Below, one piece after another: positions 17,368 through 27,438 of a DNA stretch of 64,000 bases. The first letter of the stretch is position 1; each line of letters starts with the position of its first letter. Source of the DNA: Candidatus Aminicenantes bacterium (lineage in GTDB: Bacteria > Acidobacteriota > Aminicenantia > Aminicenantales > Saccharicenantaceae); contig CAVQXL010000005.1 in NCBI GenBank assembly GCA_963717865.1, positions 337,716 to 401,715 on the forward strand. Reading direction: 5' to 3'. Both the position numbers and the translations under genes were made by a program. The notes under the pieces are model-generated. The model was not told the origin of the DNA, ran no database searches, and saw only the letters and a program-made list of their open reading frames with translations.

Positions 17368-19812
17368 TTAGAATTCCGCGATAAGGGAGAACCATTTCCC
17401 CGCGGATGAGCCCCACACTTCCTTATAGGTAGCCGTATTGAACTGAGGCCAATAGGGCGTATCCTCATTGCCTCGCGACTCCATGCCGACAGGGATCGCC
17501 CCGACCATTTCGCCCGGCAGGGCCGTGTAGAGCTGCGGATAATTGCTGCCTTCTCCCCAGATCAGGGACTGCCCAAAAGGATTTCGGCCGACGATCCAGA
17601 AGAGCTGCTGTTCGGCGATGTTCATCAGTTCCTTGTCGTTGAGAAACTTCCCGCAGAGAGCGGCGGCCTTGCCGGTCGCGAGGTGCACGGCCGCATTTCC
17701 CTTGAATGAGAACCAGACCGGGAAACGGCGAAGATAATGGTCTTCATCCAGCCGGATCCCGTTTTCGAGCTGTTCCTTGAAATCGGCGGAAAGATCCGCG
17801 TCCGGGCCGATCCTCGGATGGCTCGCGAGGAAATTCTCCTTGTCCTTGGCCTCGTCTTTCTGATACACGCCGCTGGGGATCATGCCATAGGGCTGGACGT
17901 ACCGATAGATACTCTTCAAATATCCGCCAAACAACCGGATCGCGTTCTCCCACGCCGCGTGATCGGAGTGATGCGGTTGCGTCTCGCAGAGGGCGGTCAG
18001 CGCCTGCATATAGACCTGGTCTCTCGACTGGTGGTTGAAGTGCACGATCGATTTCCGGTCGAGGTCCCGGTAGAAGAATCCGGCGGTCCTGTTGGCATCG
18101 TTGAGCGGCTCCGTCCGCTGACACTGAAGCGCGTACTTGATGCTCTCGGCCGCCTTGTCGGCGTAAGGCTTCTCATTCGTCAGCTTATAGAGCATGCTCT
18201 CCGCCCAGGACATGGTCGCCATGTACTGGCTGCGGGAAGTCATGCCGCTGTGCCCGGGGTTCCCCGAGCTCATCTCCTTGAACCCGAGCTCGGCGAAACG
18301 CTTTTCCGCGAACCCGAAGTCTTCTTTCGCGATCTTGCGGAGGTTTGCCGCGAGCAGCGGGTCGTTCGCGATCGACATCGAGGCATAGGCCTCGATGCCC
18401 GACAGCAGGAAATTCACAAAGCCGCTGTTCGAGGCCCTCACCTGGCGCCGGCCCGCGTCGTCCGTGGACCCGATATAGCCGTCCGTCCACAGGTTCGTCC
18501 CCCATCCCTGGAAGCGGTCCCCGTTCTCGAGCCTCGTCCTCATGACCACGTCCAGCCCCCAGAGGGCCTCCTCCATCAGGCGCAGGTAGAGATCCGTGTC
18601 GCCCTTTTCCTTCGCCCTGTTCGCCATTTCGAGCATGGCGAAGGCGATCTCGCCCGTCTGCGCGAATGACTGGGACATGTCGGCGGCGTCATGCCAGCCG
18701 CCGTTCACGGGATAGACGCGCCCCCGGTATTCGCCGTGCAGCTCCGTGTGGCAGGAGCCGTGCTTGCCGGGCACCGGATAGCCGCAGCGCTCGCAGAACA
18801 TGAAATTGAGCACGCGCCAGGCCGAGTCATCCCATAGATTATCGTCGATATAAAATGGCGCCGTCGTGATGTCCCCGACCCTGATCCGATATCGCCCCTT
18901 GCGGCCAACCGAGGAGAAATCGGCCGTATCGAAGCCTCCGAGACTCGTCTTGACCGGCTTGATGTCCCCCTCATAGACGACCTGAGAGGTCGCATCATCC
19001 ACGATCTGGAACGTCCCTTTGTGCTTGGCGACATTGACGATGGCGGATTTCTCGCTGTCGGGGCGATATCCGGAGGTCGAGAAGATGATCCTGTTTCGAG
19101 CCGGCTTCCACCCGCTCACGACCTCCGGCTCGTCGACGACCTGCAAGGCCACGTTGGAAACGTCGAATTGCAGGAGATCCCCCATCGTGAGTTCCTTCCC
19201 AAAGACTTCGATGGCAAAGGATATCTTGGTGACCTTGTCGCGCGGCAGTTCCGACATCTCGACAAAGCATTCGTTCCATTGGCCGTTGATCAGGTTCATC
19301 TCATGATACCCTTCCCGGCCGTAGATGTCCGGCACCTTGGTCTTCCCGTCGTTCTCCACATAGAGGTTCAGATAGACCGTGCGGGCGCCTTCGCAGTCCG
19401 GATAAACGTAGAGATGGATGCGGTTGTACTTCTCCCAGTTCTTGCCGCCCACGTCGAAGGTGGCCATGGACGTTCCCCGGCCAAGGCCCCATTTGGGCAT
19501 TTCATCGACATAGCTGGGCGCCGTCAATCTCAGGCTGTGCTTCCCGGAGATGCTTCTTTCGGCGGTCTGAGAGATGCTTCCGATGCCGCTGTGCGACCAT
19601 GGGCTCATGTCTTCCATGTCGCAGAGCACATCGGAGATCAGCACGATTTTCGTGAGCCCAAAAGTCTCGAAAGACTTGCTGAAGTCAAGCGGCAACGGGC
19701 TGTGAATGTATCCCGTGCCGCGGATATCGTCCTTCAGCTTCTCATCCACCTGCGGAAATAGTAAGGACGAGCTGCAGAGAATGATCAGGGCTATGATCTT
19801 CAATTCTCTCAT
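17368..19812 (-). CDS. secreted (alpha/alpha)6-barrel glycoside hydrolase, GH9-like, with N-terminal Ig-like region (lower-GC)
   Basis: 814 aa, intact, with signal peptide MRELKIIALIILCSSSLLF. NGGWHDAADMSQ resembles the GH9 GGWYDAGD box. GC is clearly lower than the flanks. Confidence 0.5.
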   Translation of the reverse strand: MRELKIIALIILCSSSLLFPQVDEKLKDDIRGTGYIHSPLPLDFSKSFETFGLTKIVLISDVLCDMEDMSPWSHSGIGSISQTAERSISGKHSLRLTAPSYVDEMPKWGLGRGTSMATFDVGGKNWEKYNRIHLYVYPDCEGARTVYLNLYVENDGKTKVPDIYGREGYHEMNLINGQWNECFVEMSELPRDKVTKISFAIEVFGKELTMGDLLQFDVSNVALQVVDEPEVVSGWKPARNRIIFSTSGYRPDSEKSAIVNVAKHKGTFQIVDDATSQVVYEGDIKPVKTSLGGFDTADFSSVGRKGRYRIRVGDITTAPFYIDDNLWDDSAWRVLNFMFCERCGYPVPGKHGSCHTELHGEYRGRVYPVNGGWHDAADMSQSFAQTGEIAFAMLEMANRAKEKGDTDLYLRLMEEALWGLDVVMRTRLENGDRFQGWGTNLWTDGYIGSTDDAGRRQVRASNSGFVNFLLSGIEAYASMSIANDPLLAANLRKIAKEDFGFAEKRFAELGFKEMSSGNPGHSGMTSRSQYMATMSWAESMLYKLTNEKPYADKAAESIKYALQCQRTEPLNDANRTAGFFYRDLDRKSIVHFNHQSRDQVYMQALTALCETQPHHSDHAAWENAIRLFGGYLKSIYRYVQPYGMIPSGVYQKDEAKDKENFLASHPRIGPDADLSADFKEQLENGIRLDEDHYLRRFPVWFSFKGNAAVHLATGKAAALCGKFLNDKELMNIAEQQLFWIVGRNPFGQSLIWGEGSNYPQLYTALPGEMVGAIPVGMESRGNEDTPYWPQFNTATYKEVWGSSAGKWFSLIAEF

Positions 19813-20033
19813 GCCGTGTCTCCTTCAAAGCGAAATCGCCGAACACCGTTGAATTAATATCATGGGCGAATTTAAGGGGTCAATCCCTATTTTAGCTGAA
19901 AAACTGCGAACCTCTTAAGCCATGGGCCTGGGTTTTCATGCTCCTGGCGTGGCCGTTCGCGGAAATCTTCGCGCACTCCAGCGAAGGGCATCTTCACGGC
20001 GAAGAGGTCCCGCGAGGCTCCCGACTGGGTTCA

Positions 20034-20132
20034 TATCTTATCCCCCAACCCCCTTACAATAAGGGGGCATTTGTCAGCCTCGCGGGCAGGGAGTGGTGGG
20101 CGATAGAGGAATTGAACCTCTGACTTCTACCG
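20034..20132. repeat. 99-bp direct repeat copy 2 (overlaps intact tRNA-Val 3' half), att-like
   Basis: See 17261..17359. Confidence 0.85.
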
Positions 20133-20171
20133 TGTGAAGGTAGCACTCTACCTCTGAGTTAATCGCCCACG
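20095..20171 (-). tRNA. tRNA-Val (anticodon CAC), CCA encoded
   Basis: Reverse complement GTGGGCGATTAACTCAGAGGTAGAGTGCTACCTTCACACGGTAGAAGTCAGAGGTTCAATTCCTCTATCGCCCACCA folds as a cloverleaf with anticodon loop TTCACAC. 77 nt. Confidence 0.9.
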
Positions 20172-20230
20172 GCACGGATATTTTACGTTATTCCGGGGTG
20201 AAGTCAATTTCCTGGGGCCCTGTCCTGGCC

Positions 20231-20592
20231 CTACTTGGCCGCCGGGTCTTCCTCGAACAGCCCGAACGTGTTGCCTTCCGTGTCGGAGCACATAGCCGTC
20301 CAACCGACGCCCGGGATGGGCATCTTGGGCGTCAAGCCTTGCCCCGGCCGTCGACCTTTTTCAGGAACTCGAGGACCGAGGGCACCTGGATCGAGTTCTG
20401 GGTCTGGTCCGAGGGTTGCCGTCTCGGGCCGATGCCGCCGTTGATCCCGGGCTGGTCATCCGGCCCCGTAGTGACCAGCCAATAATCCATCCCGGGCCAG
20501 CCTTCGGCCTTCCAGTCGAAGACCTCCCCGTAGAACTTGACGGCCCTGGCCGTATCGTCCGCCATGATGTTGAAGTGAACGACGCGATTCAT
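20231..20592 (-). CDS. VOC/glyoxalase-family protein, apparent frameshift mid-gene
   Basis: N-terminus MNRVVHFNIMADDTARAVKFYGEVFDWK.. is in ORF 20332..20592. The C-terminus ..KMPIPGVGWTAMCSDTEGNTFGLFEEDPAAK* is in a second frame ending at 20231. Confidence 0.7.
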
Positions 20593-20638
20593 TGCTCGCT
20601 CCTCTTCCCCGTCCTATGATGAATGCCGGCCCTTGGAC

Positions 20639-21633
20639 TCAGTCCTTAAGGCGATATCCCTTCTCTTGAAACAGCTCGAGGCAGGCGTCGACCGCTTCGG
20701 GATCATACAGGGTCCCCTTTTTTGCCGAGATCTCTTCCAGCGCCTTATCGATCCCCAATGTTGCCCTGTAAGGGCGATGGGACGCCATCGCTTCGACGAC
20801 ATCGGCGACGCCGATGATCCTTGCCTCGAGCAATATGTCCTCCCCCTTTAGGCCCTGAGGATATCCTGATCCGTCAATGCGCTCATGATGCTGGAGGATG
20901 ATGTCGGCGACCGGCCAGGGGAGATCGACCGTTTTGAGGATGTCATATCCGGATATAGGGTGAAGTCTGATAAGGCGGAATTCGGCATCCGTCAACTTGC
21001 CCGGTTTTGCGAGGATCTCGGCAGGGATCGAGATCTTCCCTATGTCGTGGATGGTGGCCGCCAGGCGGACGGCATCGACTTGGATTTCGGACAGCCCCAT
21101 GTCTTTCGCTATGGAGCGGGCCAGGTCGGCCACACGGTCCTGGTGACCTGCCGTGCCCGGATCTCTTCTTTCGACGACCTCCTGGATGACCGTAATGATT
21201 CCCCCCAACGCGGTTCGCAGTTTGGCCAGGGTACTTTGAAGCTGTTCCTGGGAGGTTTTCTTATCGGTGATATCGAATACCATATGGAGATAGACCCCTC
21301 GACCGCTCTGAGTCCGGAAGATCGTGGGATAGATCCTGGAATCCATCCATCTTCCATGCTCGAGGATCGTAGAATTCGACGATTTCGGCGTTCCCCGATT
21401 TTACAGCGATCTCCAGGGGACAGCCGGGGAAGTTCCCCTCGATACCGTGGATCAGCTCTGGGACAGTACTTGCCGACGATCTGACAGTTATCCAGGCCGA
21501 GGGTCCTATTCGTCGCATCATTGGCTAAAACGATGTGATGGCAATCATCCACGAGCAGGACGTAGAAATCGAGGGCATCGATGATGTTCTGGATCAGCTC
21601 TTGATTCCGGCCGGTGATCGTTTTTTCGAACAT
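20639..21633 (-). CDS. PAS-domain HD-GYP phosphodiesterase (c-di-GMP), two apparent frameshifts in PAS region
   Basis: The C-terminal 235 aa carry HD..HHERIDGSGYP. The PAS segments (ELIQNIIDALDFYVLLVDDCHHIVLANDATN.. and CPLEIAVKSGNAEIVEFYDPRAW) lie in two other frames. Confidence 0.7.
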
Positions 21634-21677
21634 GAGCTCGAATGCCGCCAGGGGTGGGGACGATCGTCGTCCGCGAA

Positions 21678-22154
21678 TCACGGGAAGAGCTTGTTGGCCG
21701 CCTCGGCGAGATTTTCAGCGTAAGCGATGCAATCCGCCTTCGCCTGCTCGTTCGGCGCCCCAAGGCTGACCGGGCCGAAGTAGTTCCGGCTCGGGTTGCC
21801 CTGGATGAGCATGCCGTGGATGAGAAACGCCCGGAGGATCCCCATGAGAGTCGATTCGTTGCCTCCCCCGAGGTAGGCGCAGGACGTGAAGGCCCCGCCG
21901 ATCTTGCCGATCAGCTCTCCGTGAAGCTTGACGGTCTCGTCGAGGAACTTCTTCACGGGCCAGGCGATCGAACCGTACACGGTCGGAGAGCCGACGAGTA
22001 TGCAATCGAAATTCTTCAGCTCTTCGATGACCGTTTCCGTGACGGATTTGGTAGTGACCTCGACGCCGCATTGTTTGAGAGCGTCCGAAATGATCTTAGC
22101 CATTTCCTGGACGTTCCCGGTCTTCGTGTAGTAACAGACGAGCGCCTTTGCCAT
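21678..22154 (-). CDS. flavodoxin-family (FMN-dependent reductase-like) protein
   Basis: MAKALVCYYTKTGNVQEMAKIISDALKQCGVEVT.. matches the flavodoxin-like fold. 158 aa, lower GC. Confidence 0.7.
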   Translation of the reverse strand: MAKALVCYYTKTGNVQEMAKIISDALKQCGVEVTTKSVTETVIEELKNFDCILVGSPTVYGSIAWPVKKFLDETVKLHGELIGKIGGAFTSCAYLGGGNESTLMGILRAFLIHGMLIQGNPSRNYFGPVSLGAPNEQAKADCIAYAENLAEAANKLFP

Positions 22155-22256
22155 GTGATCCCCTCCTCCCGACCATTCTACTTCCGCGGCCTCTCCAATG
22201 ACAATACCTCTCCTGGGGCCCTCGGACGGACGGGGAGCCGGGCGGCGAAACTCCGA

Positions 22257-22285
22257 TTGACAAGCGGCAAAATTCTCAATATAAA
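22257..22285 (+). promoter_or_regulatory. putative sigma70 promoter TTGACA-N17-TATAAA, only ~7 nt before ATG 22293 (leaderless-like)
   Basis: Hexamers read directly from the sequence. Confidence 0.4.
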
Positions 22286-22292
22286 TTAGTTA

Positions 22293-23144
22293 ATGGCCAT
22301 CAAGCGGTGTCCTTACTGCCGGGCGCTCATCGACGAGAAAGAACAGTATTGCAATAACTGCGGGACCCAGCTGCTCTTCCCCGAGGACGGGGCCGTCGAG
22401 GAGGAGATCCCGGGGGACAAGATCATCGACGCCGACGTCGAGGAGAAGGACTACGAGATCCCCGAGCCCGGGGCGGACAAGCCCGTCGAAGACCCCGAAG
22501 ACGATGACGAGGACGAAGAGGAAGAAGAGGACGAAGTCCGGGCCTCGGCAGATGACGGGAAGCCTGAAGATGAAGACGAGGATGAAGAGGAGGACGAGGG
22601 GCCGGAGGAAGTGGTCCTCGTCGAGGACGCGGAGGGCGACCACCCCGAACTCCCGGAATCCACGAAGCCCGGGACCTCCGAGATGCCGGTGATATTCTCC
22701 GCTCCCGGGACGGATGAGCCCGTCGGCGGGGGAGCGGCCGGGCCCGCAAGCGGCGAAGGCGGGGAATCCGCCGGAGCCCCCGAGCCTGAAGAGGCCCCCG
22801 CTCAGCCTGGGCCCGAAGAGCCCGCCCCACTCGTCAAAAAACCGTTGACCTTCGATACGAGCGACCTCGACAAGATCGGCCGGACGACCGAGCTCGGGAA
22901 GGACCAGGTCGAGAATTTCCTGGAGGTCCTGAAGGCCCGGGAGGAAGAGAGCCGGCTCGGCCGGACGGCGGCCCCGGAGGCCGAGGAAAGCCTGCCGCCG
23001 TGGGCGGCGGGGATCAAGGACGCGGCCGGGGAGCCGGGTCCGGAAGTGAAGGTAGAAATGATGCGCGAGGATGACATAGAGCAGGCGGGAACCCGAGGAA
23101 CCGGAGGCCCGCGAAGAGGCGGAGACCCCGGCCGGGCTCGATGA
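22293..23144 (+). CDS. zinc-ribbon protein with long D/E-rich low-complexity linker (N-terminal part)
   Basis: CPYCRALIDEKEQYCNNCG zinc ribbon, then an ~80-aa acidic run (EDPEDDDEDEEEEEDE..). Probably continuous with 23209..23616 through a frameshift. Confidence 0.4.
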   Translation: MAIKRCPYCRALIDEKEQYCNNCGTQLLFPEDGAVEEEIPGDKIIDADVEEKDYEIPEPGADKPVEDPEDDDEDEEEEEDEVRASADDGKPEDEDEDEEEDEGPEEVVLVEDAEGDHPELPESTKPGTSEMPVIFSAPGTDEPVGGGAAGPASGEGGESAGAPEPEEAPAQPGPEEPAPLVKKPLTFDTSDLDKIGRTTELGKDQVENFLEVLKAREEESRLGRTAAPEAEESLPPWAAGIKDAAGEPGPEVKVEMMREDDIEQAGTRGTGGPRRGGDPGRAR

Positions 23145-23208
23145 AAAGGAACTTCCCAGGGCCCGCAGGCCACGGGTCGCGGATTCGGGGATAGGCCTGC
23201 CTGAAAAG

Positions 23209-23616
23209 GTGTCCCAGGCCGCCCTGCCCTTCGAGCGGGAGATCCCCCGCGACGAAGGGATCTCGCGGCCGGCCGCGCCTCCCGGCGCGGGGAGGCGGTC
23301 GATCGTCCGCGAAGAGGAAGGGGTCGAGGAGCCGGAAGAGGAGACCGCGGAGAGGGTCGCCCGCCCGCGCCCGCCCTTCAAGCTCTCGGTCTTCCTCAAG
23401 GCGAAGTCCTTCGACGTCCTCTTCGTGGCCGTCTTCTGGCTGGCATCCCTGTGGATCGCGGCGCGGTCGATGGACGTGACCCTTTTCCAGATGCTCGGAA
23501 AGGCCTCGTCCGGCCTGCTGGCCTACTTCGGGGCGCTCCTCGTCCTCTATTTCTTCCTGTTCTATTTCTTCCTCGGGGAGACGCTCGGGGACAGGCTTTT
23601 CCGCGACGAGGATTAG
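23209..23616 (+). CDS. membrane-anchored C-terminal part (likely same gene as 22293..23144)
   Basis: Contains ..FKLSVFLKAKSFDVLFVAVFWLASLWIAA..LLAYFGALLVLYFFLFYFFLG.. with two TM helices. It is in a different frame and no start context of its own is evident. Confidence 0.35.
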   Translation: MSQAALPFEREIPRDEGISRPAAPPGAGRRSIVREEEGVEEPEEETAERVARPRPPFKLSVFLKAKSFDVLFVAVFWLASLWIAARSMDVTLFQMLGKASSGLLAYFGALLVLYFFLFYFFLGETLGDRLFRDED

Positions 23617-24354
23617 GGGCGAACTTCTTCCCCCAGCTCGAATCCCTTTCCCAGGAACCGCTCGCGCGCCCGCCCGTCCGCCGCGACGGCCGACGGCGGC
23701 CCCTCGATCAGGATCTCGCCCTCGTCGATGACATACGCCCTGTCGACGACCTTGAACGTATCGCGGACGTTGTGGTCGGTGAGGACGATGCCGATCCCCT
23801 TGTCCCGGAGGCGGGCCATGATCCTCTGGAGCTCGAGGATGGTCAGCGGGTCGATGCCGGTGAACGGCTCGTCGAGAAGGAGGAACTTCGGGTCGAGGAC
23901 GAGGGCCCGGGCGATCTCGAGCCTCCGCCGCTCGCCTCCGGAGAGGCTGTCGGCGGACTGGCCGGCCAGGTCGAGGAGGCCCAACTCCTCGAGGAGCCCC
24001 CGGGCGGCGTCCTGCCGCTCCTGCCGCGTCCGGGGCTGGAGCTCGAGGACGAGGTTGAGGTTGTCGGCGACCGAGGCCTTGAGAAAGACCGAGCCCTCCT
24101 GGGGGAGATAGGTTAGGCCGTTCAGGGCCCGCCGGTAGGTCGTCATGCGGGAGATGTCCGCTCGCGTCGAGCAGAATGGTCCCGCTTTCGGGCCTGACGA
24201 GGCCGACCATCATCTGGAAGGTCGTCGTCTTGCCGGCGCCGTTGCGGCCCAGGAGGCCGATGATCTCGCCCGACCGGACTTCGAGCGTCAGCTCGCGGAC
24301 GACGACCCGGCCGTTGTAGCTCTTGGTCAGCCTCTCGGCGCGAAGCAGCGACAT
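23613..24354 (-). CDS. lptB: LPS export ABC transporter ATP-binding protein LptB, apparent frameshift near 24170
   Basis: MSLLRAERLTKSYNGRVVVRELTLEVRSGEIIGLLGRNGAGKTTTFQMMVGLVRPESGTILLD (Walker A) is in one frame. The rest ..LSGGERRRLEIARAL..LLLDEPFTGIDP.. is in ORF 23613..24146. Confidence 0.85.
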
Positions 24355-24474
24355 TGCGGGGCGTCCTTTCGTCGGCTAGAATACTAAGGGCATTTTCCGG
24401 GGGTGTCAACCCTTGCCTCCCCGGCAATGCCGGGGATTGATGGGGCCAAGCCGGCACATCGGAGTCAAGAACCG

Positions 24475-25324
24475 ATGAGCATCGTTGTCAGCGCATCCCG
24501 GCGCACGGACCTCGCGGCGTCCTTCCCGGACTGTCCTGGCCGCGGCGCCTTGAGGGAGGAGAAGGCGCGCGTCCTCGGGCCGGCGCGGCCGCGCCTATGA
24601 GGTGGACCTCCGGCCCGAGAACGTCCATACCCTCGTCCTCTGGTCCAAGGACTTCGCGAATTACCTCGCCGACCGGTCGGGGCTCAGGGGGCTTGTCGCC
24701 AAGTATGAACAGGCCTATTTCCACTTCACGATCACCGGGCTCGGCGGGACGCTCCTCGAAAAGGGCGTCCCTTCCCCGGACGAGGTCGATGGCCCAGCTC
24801 CCGAGCTCGTCGCGGTCGCCGGCTCCCCGGCGCGGGTCTCGGTCCGCTTCGATCCCGTCGTTTTTTGGCGGGAGGGGGGCGAGCTCCTGACGAACCTCCC
24901 GTTCTTCGAGCGCCTGGCTCCGCGGGTCGCCGGCGCCGGGATCGAGGACGTCCGCGTCAGCTTCGCCCAGTGGTACGGCAAGGCGAAGCGGAGGGCGGAG
25001 AAACGGGGTTTCGAGTTCGTGGATCCGGAGGAAAGCGAAAAACGGGCCCGCGCCCGGGAAATGGCCGGGACCGCCGCGAAATGGGGCCTCGTCCCTGTAT
25101 GCCTGCGCCCAGGAATTCCTGGCGGCAGTCCCCGGCTTCAGGCCTTCCTCATGCATCGACGGATCGGCGGCTCCGGGAGCTCCATCCGCGCCATGAGCCC
25201 GTATCGATCGGAAGGACCGGACCCAGCGGCCCGAGTGCGGATGCACGGAATCCAAGGATATCGGCAGCTACACCCAGGTCTGCCCGCACTCCTGCATCTA
25301 CTGTTACGCCAACCCGACGACCTG
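24475..25324 (+). CDS. DUF1848-like protein, at least 2 apparent frameshifts
   Basis: N-terminus MSIVVSASRRTDLAASFPD. The middle is in ORF 24602..25390. The C-terminus DIGSYTQVCPHSCIYCYANPTT* lies in a third frame ending at 25324. Confidence 0.55.
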
Positions 25325-25458
25325 AAGAGGGTACTAACAATGCAAATGTCGTCCCGAGGTTCGAAGGACGCGGGGATTCAGAACCGATGATCTGATCTCG
25401 GGGATTGCCACGTCGCCAGAGTTCCTGGCAATGCCCGAATCGCAGATGTCTCGCGCTC

Positions 25459-26202
25459 TCAGATGCCGAGCGTCAGCCGCTCGGCCAGCGCGGACGGGAG
25501 GCTCTGCTTCGAGGATCTTGCGCTGGGCTTCGGCGATGTCGTACTCGACGCGGTAGAATTTCACGATCCGGGCGTCGGAGTCGTAGATGGCGAAGGCGGC
25601 CATCGGGATTCCGGTCCCGGGGCTGGCCCACCGAGCCCGGGTTGATGAGGTAGCGGACGCCCTTTTCGAGCTTGACCTCGTTCGATTCGCCCTCGAGGAA
25701 GGTCCCTTCGACGATCTGGTCCTTTTCGGCGTAGACGAAGGGGAAGTGGGTGTGGCCGAAGAAGCAGACGGGCGTCTGGAAATAGGAGAAGGCCTCGGCC
25801 GCGTCGAACTCCCCGAAGATGTAGTAGTCCTCGTCGAACGGGGCGCCGTGGCAGATGGTGATCGCTCGTGGACGACGTCGCGGGCTCTTCTTGAGCCTGG
25901 TGGAGGAAGTCGAAGTTCTTCTTGGTGATGCGGCTCTTGCGTCCAGTGGATGGCCGAGGCGGCGATGGGATTGAACGTCTGGATCGAGTCCAGGCCGCAG
26001 ACGGCCTTGTCGTGGTTGCCGCGGACGAGGGACAGGGGCTTCAGCGCGGCGAGCTTCTGGACGACCTCGTTGGGCGAGGCCCCGTAGCCGACGAGGTCCC
26101 CCAGGAAGAGGTAGTGGTCGATGCGTCTTCTTCGGATGAACTTCAGCACGGCCAGGAGGCTTCCAGGTTGCCGTGGATGTCGGTGAAGACCAGATAGCGC
26201 AT
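25459..26202 (-). CDS. metallophosphoesterase (calcineurin-like), apparent frameshifts
   Basis: MRYLVFTDIHGNLEA.. plus ..DHYLFLGDLVGYGASPNEVV..VRGNHD.., then ..FFGHTHFPFVY.. and ..RIVKFYRVEYDI.. in shifted frames. Confidence 0.65.
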
Positions 26203-26207
26203 CGCGC

Positions 26208-27124
26208 TCAGGCCCTCCCCACGGCCGCGAGGAACAGCTTCTCGGCGTTATACGAGCTCCGGACCAGGGGACCGGAGGCGACGTCGGCGAACCCGAAGTC
26301 CATGGCGATGGCCTTCAGCTGTTCGAATTCCTTCGGCGTATAGTATTTCGCGACGGGAGGGTTCGCGGGCGCCGGCCTGAGGTATTGACCCAGGGTCAGG
26401 AGGTCGCACTCCGGACCGCCTGAGGTCGGACAGGGTCCGGAGGATGTCCTCCTCCCGCTCGCCCAGGCCGATCATCAGGCCCGATTTCGTGACGGCCCCC
26501 TTCTTTTTGGCCGCCGCCAGGACCGCGAGGGACCTTCGGTAGTTGGCCGCCGGGCGGTCGGATGTGGGGATAGAGGGACTCGGTCGTTTCGAGGTTGTGG
26601 TTGAGGATGTCCGGCCCCGCGGCCAGGACGGTGTCCAGGGCCTCCGGGCTCCCCTGGAAGTCGGGGATGAGGACCTCGACCTTCGTCCGCGGCGATGCCG
26701 ACCTCACGGCCGCGATCGTCCGGGCGAAGACCGAAGCCCCGCCGTCCGCGAGGTCGTCCCGCGTGACGGAGGTGATGACCGCGTATCCCAGGCCCAGGGA
26801 CTTGACGGCCTCGGCGACGCGCGCCGGCTCCTCGGGATCGAGGGGCGAGGGCGTTCCCTTCTTCACGGCGCAGAAGCCGCAGGTCCGCGTGCAGGTGTCC
26901 CCCAGGATGAGGAACGTCGCCGTCCTCCGGGACCAGCACTCCCCGACGTTGGGACATCGGGCGCTCTGGCAGATCGTGTGGAGGCGGCCCTCCTTCACGA
27001 TCCCCGAGACGCGGAAATAGTCCGCGTCCGACGGCAGGCGGACCTTCAGCCAGTCGGGCTTCCGGGTTTGCCGGGGGGCGTCGCCGCCCCCACGGACTTC
27101 TGTTTCTCGTGCGGTCGTGTTCAC
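26208..27124 (-). CDS. lipA: lipoyl synthase, GTG start, 2 apparent frameshifts near the C-terminus
   Basis: CPNVGECW and CTRTCGFC radical-SAM/auxiliary cluster motifs. The C-terminus ..[12 protein letters not shown].. and ..[56 protein letters not shown].. lies in other frames. Confidence 0.85.
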
Positions 27125-27171
27125 AAGTGCGATTCGTTCTTCAAGAATTCCGAATTGAGAAGGAGGTTCCG

Positions 27172-27393
27172 TCAGTACTCCATGTCGCGCTCTCTTCTGA
27201 TCCGGCGCCTCATCCGCTTCCGGGCCTGAGCCTCTTTCATGCGGCGCTTCTCGCCGGGTTTGAAGTAGATGGAGTGTTTCTTGATCTCCTTGATGATCGC
27301 TTCCTGCTGAACTTTCCTCTTGAACCGGCGGAGTGCGGATTCCAGGCTCTCACCTTCATCGAGCACTACAAATGCCAAAAAATTCACCTCCAT
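27172..27393 (-). CDS. rpsU: 30S ribosomal protein S21
   Basis: 73 aa with ..ESLESALRRFKRKVQQEAIIKEIKKHSIYFKPGEKRR.. and a basic C-terminus. Confidence 0.8.
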   Translation of the reverse strand: MEVNFLAFVVLDEGESLESALRRFKRKVQQEAIIKEIKKHSIYFKPGEKRRMKEAQARKRMRRRIRRERDMEY

Positions 27394-27438
27394 TCTTTCG
27401 GAAAGTACCTGATTTTATACTGGATTCCGGACGCAATG

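Noticed and set aside
17360-20033. Complete integrative element with its own integrase
   Set aside because: Only one gene, a glycoside hydrolase, lies between the att-like repeats. No integrase, excisionase or phage genes are present in or beside the island.
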